Assembly (NCBI GenBank): GCA_046757025.1
Contig: JBHHXN010000107.1
Span: 1 to 18,277, forward strand
Length of the DNA stretch: 18,277 bases
Direction: 5' to 3'
Source of the DNA: a bacterium
Lineage (GTDB): Bacteria; Zhuqueibacterota; Zhuqueibacteria; Oceanimicrobiales; Oceanimicrobiaceae
In this document: positions 1 to 6,767 of the stretch, piece after piece
How the letters are laid out: every line of letters begins with the position of its first letter
Numbering within the stretch: the stretch's first letter is position 1
Program-made: the position numbers and the translations under genes
The notes under the pieces: model-generated
Seen by the model: only the letters and a program-made list of their open reading frames with translations
The model's database searches: none
What the model was told of the DNA's origin: nothing

Positions 1-54
1 ACATTCATTTCATATTGTCAGCAAGCTCAAATATCTTCTGCGAAACTTGAGTTA

Positions 55-819
55 TTAATAGACTTCTATTTTTATGCCGGTTTTCTTCTCGGTCTTTTCA
101 GCAATTTCTTCAAGACGCAGCCTTGACACTTTTTGTAATTTACGACTGGCCGTCCTTCTGTCGAGGCTGTAAATTTGTACCCAAAGGGGTTTTATTTCCG
201 CGATTTTCTCCATCCAGCTCCCCACCTGCCAATCCGTGGAATTGCTGAATTTGCCCTCCACAAACATGCTTTGAATGACTTTGTTTTTTAGCTGACGGAG
301 TCCATCTATTATTTTCATGAAACTGACGGGCGGCTTGCCAAGATTCAAGCGATTGAAGGCATTTTCGTTTCCCACATCCAGCTTCATGATCGGCAAATCA
401 AGGTGTTCCAGCGCTTTTTTTGTTTCATGTTGGAAACAGGTGGTGCTGTTGGATAAAACCGCTATTTTTACCTCCGGACGAACTTTCTGTTTGAGTTTTT
501 GGGCGGTTTCAACAAAGCGGGGAAAATCCGGATTTAACGTGGGTTCGCCGTTTCCACAAAAAGTGAGGTAATCAAAATTATTTTGCTGTTCCATGACATG
601 GGTGATGGCCTTTATCACCTGAGAGGATTTCGGCAAATATTCCCGATATTCTCGGCCGTCGTGGCAATGAATTTCGGTCCAGCCATACTGACAATAAATG
701 CAATTCATCGAGCACATTTTCAGGTTGACGGGCATGATGTTGATACCCAGAGAACGCCCTAAACGGCGCGAATGTACCGGACCATATATTATCTTTTTTT
801 GTAATTCCAAAACGCGCAT
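55..819 (-). CDS. Radical SAM protein, COG0731 / TYW1-like Fe-S oxidoreductase family; function unknown
   Basis: CxxxCxxC motif (CSMNCIYC), N-terminal YGPVHSRRLGRSLGIN family signature, and GNGEPTL (GGE-type motif); 254 aa. Confidence 0.88.
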   Translation of the reverse strand: MRVLELQKKIIYGPVHSRRLGRSLGINIMPVNLKMCSMNCIYCQYGWTEIHCHDGREYREYLPKSSQVIKAITHVMEQQNNFDYLTFCGNGEPTLNPDFPRFVETAQKLKQKVRPEVKIAVLSNSTTCFQHETKKALEHLDLPIMKLDVGNENAFNRLNLGKPPVSFMKIIDGLRQLKNKVIQSMFVEGKFSNSTDWQVGSWMEKIAEIKPLWVQIYSLDRRTASRKLQKVSRLRLEEIAEKTEKKTGIKIEVY

Positions 820-846
820 AAATTTTGTGTTGCCTGCTTAAATAAA

Positions 847-942
847 GGGCACAGAGAGTCTAATCATAAAATCACCAAACTACCTAATTCCTCGATGATG
901 AACGTTTCTGGACATGTTCATACCCATCCTCTCTCTGTGCCC
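847..942. repeat. 12-bp perfect inverted repeat enclosing 72 nt, upstream of the radical SAM gene; possible structured leader or sRNA
   Basis: gggcacagagag (847-858) / ctctctgtgccc (931-942); inner atgaac/gttcat stem; on the minus strand the 3' arm is followed by tttattt. Confidence 0.6.
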
Positions 943-1049
943 AAATTCATAGAAGCGTTTGTTTTTCAATTCTCCTGACGGTTAGCCATAAACTTTTTAT
1001 TTACGTGATCGCAATATCACAACCGCTGTTTCATTGATAGTTCGTCATT

Positions 1050-1130
1050 TGGTGATGGACCGAAATCTTCAGTCTTCGCCCAAAGATTCCACTCGGGGTG
1101 AAGAAAAAAGGCTTTTTCGGTCAATTGCCA
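1050..1130. mobile_element. Degenerate MITE-like palindromic element A
   Basis: Termini tggtgatggaccgaaa (1050-1065) and revcomp of 1115-1130 (tggcaattgaccgaaa) match 13/16; inner stem tcttcgccc/gggtgaaga. Confidence 0.5.
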
Positions 1131-1132
1131 GT

Positions 1133-1289
1133 TAGTGCCTGACCGAAAACTCGAGAAATGATCGATTTAAAACCTCTTCGCGAAGGCGTCCTTTCGACAA
1201 AGCTCAGGGCAGGCCAACCGAGCCAAACAGGAATTCACCCTCGGCCAGGAGGCCTTCGGGAAGAGGTGGTCGTTTTCGGTCAATTACTA
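1133..1289. mobile_element. MITE-like palindromic element B carrying an inserted REP unit
   Basis: Termini tagtgcctgaccgaaaac / tagtaattgaccgaaaac (15/18); inner 21-bp stem 1172-1192 / 1247-1267 with 2 mismatches; REP-like cctttcgacaaagctcagggcagg at 1190-1213. Confidence 0.65.
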
Positions 1290-1505
1290 GTTAAAGAATT
1301 TTAAGGTCGCATTTTGCATTTTTTCCGCTCGTTCTCGGGCGCAATCTAAAATACTCTGATCCGCAAAACTCGAAAGCGGATCAAAATCTCCCTTCACTCT
1401 CAGCCAACATTTCGTGGAAGCTTCCTCGCCTTTTGGACAATCAATATTTAACAAAGGGCAGGTGCCTTCTACAAATTCTTGTTTTTCGACCTCATCGTCA
1501 GCCAT
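1287..1505 (-). CDS. Small hypothetical protein with four Cys (CPx5CP...C...C)
   Basis: 72-aa ORF with gagg RBS, starting 35 nt after the oxidoreductase gene on the same strand. Confidence 0.7.
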   Translation of the reverse strand: MADDEVEKQEFVEGTCPLLNIDCPKGEEASTKCWLRVKGDFDPLSSFADQSILDCARERAEKMQNATLKFFN

Positions 1506-1540
1506 GGCATACGCCTCTTTTTATGAATTTAGAATTGATT

Positions 1541-3019
1541 TCAGAGTGTTGCTTCTGCCAAATTTTGCACTTTGTCAGCGTATTTTTTTTGAATAAATTC
1601 CATACCTGACTTGAGAGCCATTTCATTGAGCTCGGTAAATTCTTTGCGCTTCACCACGGTTTTGGCTGCTGCTAAAACGCTGTCAAATGTCAGCAGACCC
1701 GTGTAGGCCAGATAAGCTCCCAACATCACCATGTTGGCTACCCGGGTTTCATTTAGCTGGTCGGCTAATTCCGTGGCCGGTACGTAAATTGCCTGCACAT
1801 CTTTGCGCTGTACTTTGCGTTTGATGAGCGAAGCATTGCTGAAAATGAGTCCGTCCGCTCGCACCTCTTCTTCAAATTTGTCCAGAGACGGCAGATTCAT
1901 GGCAATCAACACATCGGATTCGGCTACCAAAGGCGAGCCGATGCGTTTATCCGAAATGATGATATGACAATTGGCCGTCCCCCCGCGCATTTCGGGTCCG
2001 TAGGAAGGCAGCCAGGTGGAGTAATAATCTGAAATCATGGCGCTTTGTGCCAAAAGCTGCCCGAACAGCAAAATGCCCTGTCCGCCAAAACCGGCAATTT
2101 TGATGCGCGGATTTTTGAAATTATTTGCCACAACAGGTTTATCGTAAACTTTTGAATCGGTTGCGTTTTTCTCCCCCAGAATTTCCAAAATCTTTTCCGG
2201 CGTGGGCTCCCGTTTTTGCCTGGAATCGCGGACATCGGTCAGCAGAGTGCCTTTTATATTTTTGAAGACATCCAGCTTAAAATAATCGGTCAAGACGTCC
2301 TCTACCCATTTTTTGGCATCGGTGGGGGTCATCTTCCAGCCAGTGGGACAGGTGGTCAAAATTTCGATAAAAGAAAATCCCCGGCCCTCCACCTGATTTT
2401 GCAATCCCTTACGAATGGCCTTGCGTGCTTTCATCACGTGTTTAGCATCGGTGATGGCCACGCGTTCGATGTACACGGGCGCTTCCAGAGTGGCCAAAAG
2501 CTCGCTGACACGCATGGGGTAACCTTCGTTTTCAACAGTACGACCCATAGGGGTCGTGGTGGTTTTCTGACCGATCAAGGTTGTGGGGGCCATCTGGGAA
2601 CCCGTCATGCCATAGATGGCGTTGTTTACGAAGATCACCGTGATGTTTTCACCTCGATTTGCCGCCTGTAAAATATTATTCCCGCCAATGGCCGCTAAAT
2701 CCCCGTCCCCCTGATAACTGATGACGATGGAATCGGGGAGTGCTCGTTTAATGCCGGTGGCCACAGCCGGCGCCCGGCCGTGCGGCACCTGCACATTGCC
2801 GCAGTTGAAATAATAATATCCAAAAACCGAACAGCCCACGGGACTCACGAAAATAGTTCGTTTGCGGATATCAAAATCGTCCATGGCTTCGGCGAGCAAT
2901 TTATGTACGACTCCGTGTCCGCAGCCGGGACAATAATGCGTGGTCAGGGGTTCGGAGCCCGGTTTGCGAAAAAAGAGATCGTAAAAAGAGTCGGGTTTCT
3001 GTAAGATTTCTTTGGCCAT
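1541..3019 (-). CDS. vorA: 2-oxoacid:ferredoxin oxidoreductase, fused beta (TPP-binding) and gamma subunits (VorA-type)
   Basis: YCPGCGHG, SPVGCS and QGDGD...N TPP motif in the N-terminal part; IAGFGGQG, PSYGPEMRGGTANC and ANMVMLGA gamma-domain motifs in the C-terminal part. Confidence 0.9.
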   Translation of the reverse strand: MAKEILQKPDSFYDLFFRKPGSEPLTTHYCPGCGHGVVHKLLAEAMDDFDIRKRTIFVSPVGCSVFGYYYFNCGNVQVPHGRAPAVATGIKRALPDSIVISYQGDGDLAAIGGNNILQAANRGENITVIFVNNAIYGMTGSQMAPTTLIGQKTTTTPMGRTVENEGYPMRVSELLATLEAPVYIERVAITDAKHVMKARKAIRKGLQNQVEGRGFSFIEILTTCPTGWKMTPTDAKKWVEDVLTDYFKLDVFKNIKGTLLTDVRDSRQKREPTPEKILEILGEKNATDSKVYDKPVVANNFKNPRIKIAGFGGQGILLFGQLLAQSAMISDYYSTWLPSYGPEMRGGTANCHIIISDKRIGSPLVAESDVLIAMNLPSLDKFEEEVRADGLIFSNASLIKRKVQRKDVQAIYVPATELADQLNETRVANMVMLGAYLAYTGLLTFDSVLAAAKTVVKRKEFTELNEMALKSGMEFIQKKYADKVQNLAEATL

Positions 3020-3119
3020 AAACTTTCTCTCAATTAAAGGGTTCTTTTCCGAATTTATTCTTCTGTGTTGTTCGTTTTATATGGATTGTGACTCAATTTC
3101 AAAATTTCATTGCGACCGT

Positions 3120-4187
3120 TTAGTTTGTAGTTTTTTTCAGTTCTTGCATCACGGCCATAAGCTGTTCGTAAAGTTCTTTGGTAGTGGGTACACCGCCGCC
3201 CATGCGCCCATAAAATTTCGTGGGGCGTTTGCCTTCCAGAGCCAATCGGACGTCGTCCACCATTTGGCCATTGCTGAGTTCCGAAACAAAGAACATCTTT
3301 GCGCTTTCGGCCAGCTCCCGAATGCGTTTGGTCGGAAACGGCAGCAAGGTGATGGGTCTGAGCAAACCCACCAGCACTCCGTCGGCCCGGGCATCTTCCA
3401 CCACCGATTGCAGCATACGCGAGATGATGCCATATCCTATTACGATGATTTCGGCGTCTTCGGTGTATAACTCTTCGAAACGCACTTCCCTTTCCGCAAT
3501 GACAGCGTATTTTTTTTGCAACATTTCATTATGCGCTTCCAGCTCAACCGGATCCATGTAAATGGATGTGATGAGATTTTCGGCGCCGCGGTCGGTGGCG
3601 TCCACCGCCCAGGGTTTATCGGGGAATTCGGTTACCGGTTCTGGCAGCTCCACCGGCTCCATCATCTGACCCACAAATCCATCCGCCAGGATGGCGGTGG
3701 GCGTGCGGTATTTATCAGCGAGATCGAAGGCCAGCATCGTCAAATCACACATTTCCTGTGCACAATTGGGCGCCAGCACGATGAGTTTGTAATTGCCGTG
3801 CCCTCCGCCTTTGACGATTTGATTATAGTCGCTTTGTTCCGGGGCGATGTTTCCCAAACCCGGTCCACCGCGCATAACATCCACCAGCACCAGCGGCAGC
3901 TCAGCGCCGGCGGCGTAGGACAAGCCCTCCTGTTTCAAGCTGATGCCAGGACTCGAAGAGGCTGTCATCACACGTTTGCCCGCGGAGGCGGCCCCGTATA
4001 CCATGTTGATGGCGGCCACTTCGCTCTCAGCCTGCAAAAATGTTCGATTGACCTGCGGAAAATACAGAGCGGCTGATTCGGCAATTTCACTGGCCGGGGT
4101 GATCGGATACCCGTAAAAAGCCCGGCAGCCGGCTAGAATCGCACCTTTAATAACGGCTTCGTTTCCTTTGACCAAAATTCGTGACAT
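3120..4187 (-). CDS. vorB: 2-oxoacid (2-ketoisovalerate-type):ferredoxin oxidoreductase alpha-type subunit VorB
   Basis: [43 protein letters not shown] and GGGHG motifs; aggag RBS. Confidence 0.92.
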   Translation of the reverse strand: MSRILVKGNEAVIKGAILAGCRAFYGYPITPASEIAESAALYFPQVNRTFLQAESEVAAINMVYGAASAGKRVMTASSSPGISLKQEGLSYAAGAELPLVLVDVMRGGPGLGNIAPEQSDYNQIVKGGGHGNYKLIVLAPNCAQEMCDLTMLAFDLADKYRTPTAILADGFVGQMMEPVELPEPVTEFPDKPWAVDATDRGAENLITSIYMDPVELEAHNEMLQKKYAVIAEREVRFEELYTEDAEIIVIGYGIISRMLQSVVEDARADGVLVGLLRPITLLPFPTKRIRELAESAKMFFVSELSNGQMVDDVRLALEGKRPTKFYGRMGGGVPTTKELYEQLMAVMQELKKTTN

Positions 4188-4208
4188 ACTTTCACTCCTA
4201 CCTGATAT

Positions 4209-4469
4209 TTAATGGGATTTCTCACGTTTATAAACTCGAATGGCTCCGGGCTCCGGACAAATATAAAAACAAATGCCACAAGCGGTACACTTTTCACCGA
4301 TATAGATGGCGGGATGATATCCCATCTTGTTTAAGCTTTCCGATTCCTTCAACACTTGCGGTGGGCAGGCTTCGATGCAAAGCAAACAGCCTTTGCAAAG
4401 GTCCGAGGTAATCTCCACCCGGCCTCGTTCGTCGATTTTCGTTTTCTTGCTCATTATGCTTTGTTCCAT
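4209..4469 (-). CDS. vorC: 2x[4Fe-4S] ferredoxin, delta subunit of the oxidoreductase (VorC-type); start at 4469 or 4454 rather than 4565
   Basis: CKGCLLCIEACP and CTACGICFYICP motifs; directly upstream of vorB; ggag precedes the ATG at 4469. Confidence 0.85.
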   Translation of the reverse strand: MEQSIMSKKTKIDERGRVEITSDLCKGCLLCIEACPPQVLKESESLNKMGYHPAIYIGEKCTACGICFYICPEPGAIRVYKREKSH

Positions 4470-4781
4470 ATAAAATTCTGCTCCGATAGTAAAACTGGTT
4501 AAATGTGGCAGCACCACAGCTCTATTTCGTTGGTTTAAATTCGCAAAAGTTTTCAGTTTGATCATGATTCTGTTTCCCGGTTAAAAAAGCCGGCTTTGAG
4601 TTTTTTCGACGGGTTAAACAGAACTCTATTCCACAACAATTAACTCAACCACTGAAAACTCCCTGGTCGCATATCAGATTCTTTTCTAAATGCTCGCAAA
4701 AACGGCTGATAAAATTTTATTAAAATGCGGCTTTTGGTAATTTGATAGAATTTTTGTATTTACCTAATTATTTTGCAAATC

Positions 4782-5180
4782 CTAATTGCCGACTTGGACA
4801 TCCTGACTACTTTCAAAAGCTCTATCGACGTAGTTCAAAATTTCTTCACGCTTGACCGGTTTATTTAGAAATGCAAAAGCGCCGGCCTTTTGCACTTGCA
4901 AAATGATTTCTTTTTCATCTTCCACCGTGACGATGATCACCTTGGTTGCCGGCGAGCACGATTTAATTTCTTCCAGCAACTTCAAGCCGGATTTCCCCGG
5001 CATATACACATCCAGCAAAATCAACGGATAGAATTTATGTATAAACAGCTCTTCCGCCTGAAAGGCGTCCGAAGCAGCCCACACGTGATAACCGGCTTTT
5101 TGTAATATTTTGGTTAATGAACGCCGAAATTCGACATCGTCGTCAACGATGAGTATGTCCGGATATTCAGGAATGGCCAA
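4782..5180 (-). CDS. Single-domain response regulator (receiver only)
   Basis: IVDDD, LLDVYMPG (phospho-acceptor Asp), conserved Thr and NKP; no output domain; TTG start with ggaga RBS. Confidence 0.9.
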   Translation of the reverse strand: MAIPEYPDILIVDDDVEFRRSLTKILQKAGYHVWAASDAFQAEELFIHKFYPLILLDVYMPGKSGLKLLEEIKSCSPATKVIIVTVEDEKEIILQVQKAGAFAFLNKPVKREEILNYVDRAFESSQDVQVGN

Positions 5181-5233
5181 TAGAATTCTCCACCAGATAA
5201 AAACACACGACCACTAAAATTAAATGAAATCTA

Positions 5234-5249
5234 TGAAAAAACTATGCCA
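5234..5249 (-). promoter_or_regulatory. Candidate sigma54 -24/-12 promoter for the receiver gene
   Basis: Minus strand TGGCAT-AGTTT-TTTCA versus consensus TGGCAC-N5-TTGCW; the -12 box is TTTC instead of TTGC. Confidence 0.55.
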
Positions 5250-5359
5250 TTCTTTTGAAAGAAAGAAAATAGCCGTTAGCATCTTCACAAACGGCAATTT
5301 ATCAATGGGTTATATTCTCATATTTTCGGAGGGGAAACGCTTCAAAAAGCGTCGGGCTA

Positions 5360-5409
5360 TTCTTATAATTGATAAAACGTGTTCTATTCATTCTCATTTT
5401 TGAGAATGA
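5360..5409. promoter_or_regulatory. Candidate tandem upstream activating sequences (enhancer) for the sigma54 activator
   Basis: Perfect tcattctca-N4-tgagaatga (5388-5409) and degenerate ttctta-N4-tgataa (5360-5375); centres 31 bp apart. Confidence 0.55.
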
Positions 5410-5410
5410 T

Positions 5411-6766
5411 TTAATCATCCAACTGGATGCCTAATTCCGTTATTTTTCGATACAAAGAAGACAAGCTCAAGCCCAGTATTTTTGCGGCTTTGCTTTTGTC
5501 AAAATCCGCCAATTGCAGCGCCCGCATGATAGCGTCCTGTTCAAATTTTCGAACCGAGGCCTTGAGATCGTCGTTATTTTGTGATAGTTGGCTCTTTGAA
5601 TAAATGTGCGGGAAGTGTTCGATTCTTAAAATATTATCATCACACAAAATCATAGCGCGTTCAATGGCATTTTCCAGCTCCCGCACGTTGCCCTTCCATT
5701 CATACTCATTGAACGACGCCAGTACCTTGTTATCCACACCTTTAATTTGCTTGCCTAATTGAACATTATACAGATTTAAGAAGTAATCAATAAGCTCGGG
5801 GATATCTTCTTTGCGCTCTTTCAGGGGCGGGATGTTGATTCCGATGACGTTCAGTCGATAATAAAGGTCTTCGCGAAAATTCCCCTGTTCCACTTCGGTG
5901 GCCAGGTTTCTATTGGTTGCCGCGATGATTCTCACATCCACTATTTCCGGATTGGTACTGCCGACGGGTAAAATTTCTTTTTGTTCGATGGCACGCAACA
6001 GCTTGACCTGCAGCGTAAAGGGGACGCTGGAGATTTCATCTAAAAAAATCGTACCGCCTTCGGCCACTTTGAACAGGCCGCTTTTGTCGCGCATGGCGCC
6101 GGTAAATGCGCCTCTCATGTGCCCAAAAAGCTCACTTTCGATGAGGTTTTCCGGAATGGCTGCACAATTGATGGGCACAAATCTCTTTTTCGCTCGCAGG
6201 CTCTTGTGGTGAATGGAGCGAGCAATCAACTCCTTGCCGGTGCCGCTGGCGCCGGTGATCAAAACCGTGGCTACCAGGGGTGCGACTCTATCGACCATTG
6301 CCATGACGTCCTTCAATGCCCGACTGCTGCCAATGATGTCGTTCACAACCGGTTCTTTCCCCAACTGGGCTTTCAAAAATTTGTTTTCCTGCGCCAGATT
6401 TTGCCGTTCGATGGCGCGTTCAACCGTGCTCAGAATCACCGCTTTTTTGAACGGTTTGGTAATAAAATCGTAGGCGCCTTCTTTCATGGCTTCCACGGCT
6501 GTTTCGATGGTGCCGTAACCTGTCAACAGCACCACCTCGATTTTCGAATGGTGTCTTTTGATATTTTTGAGTAACTCGAGGCCATCTCCGTTCGGCATCT
6601 TCAAATCGGACAACACGATATCAAAATTATTTTCCGCAAGTCGTTCGATGGCCTCGTTGCCCGAACCGGCCGTTTCAGTGGTATAACCGGCGTTCTTCAG
6701 AGCCTTTTCCAAAGACTGGCGAACGCTGATCTCATCGTCCACAATTAAAATGTGTTTTGATTCCAA
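5411..6766 (-). CDS. Sigma54-dependent response regulator (NtrC/AtoC/ZraR family; REC-AAA+-HTH)
   Basis: Receiver (LSDLKMP), Walker A GASGTGKE, ESELFGH and GAFTGA, Walker B IFLDEI, FREDLYYRL, WKGNVRELEN, and a C-terminal Fis-type HTH. Confidence 0.95.
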   Translation of the reverse strand: MESKHILIVDDEISVRQSLEKALKNAGYTTETAGSGNEAIERLAENNFDIVLSDLKMPNGDGLELLKNIKRHHSKIEVVLLTGYGTIETAVEAMKEGAYDFITKPFKKAVILSTVERAIERQNLAQENKFLKAQLGKEPVVNDIIGSSRALKDVMAMVDRVAPLVATVLITGASGTGKELIARSIHHKSLRAKKRFVPINCAAIPENLIESELFGHMRGAFTGAMRDKSGLFKVAEGGTIFLDEISSVPFTLQVKLLRAIEQKEILPVGSTNPEIVDVRIIAATNRNLATEVEQGNFREDLYYRLNVIGINIPPLKERKEDIPELIDYFLNLYNVQLGKQIKGVDNKVLASFNEYEWKGNVRELENAIERAMILCDDNILRIEHFPHIYSKSQLSQNNDDLKASVRKFEQDAIMRALQLADFDKSKAAKILGLSLSSLYRKITELGIQLDD

Positions 6767-6767
6767 G

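Noticed and set aside
847..942. Retron msr-msd a1/a2 inverted repeats
   Set aside because: No reverse transcriptase in the window; the adjacent gene is a radical SAM.
1004..1021. cgtga-N8-tcaca as a CRP/Rex site
   Set aside because: The spacer is 8 nt rather than the canonical 6; short palindromes like this are expected by chance.
1050..1293. Integron attC sites or a CRISPR mini-array
   Set aside because: No proper RYYYAAC/GTTRRRY core pairs, repeats alternate in orientation with unequal spacers, and no integrase or cas genes are present.
4470..4565. N-terminal extension of the ferredoxin ORF to 118 aa
   Set aside because: The extension lies in the structured leader and has no RBS; the ferredoxin domain starts later.
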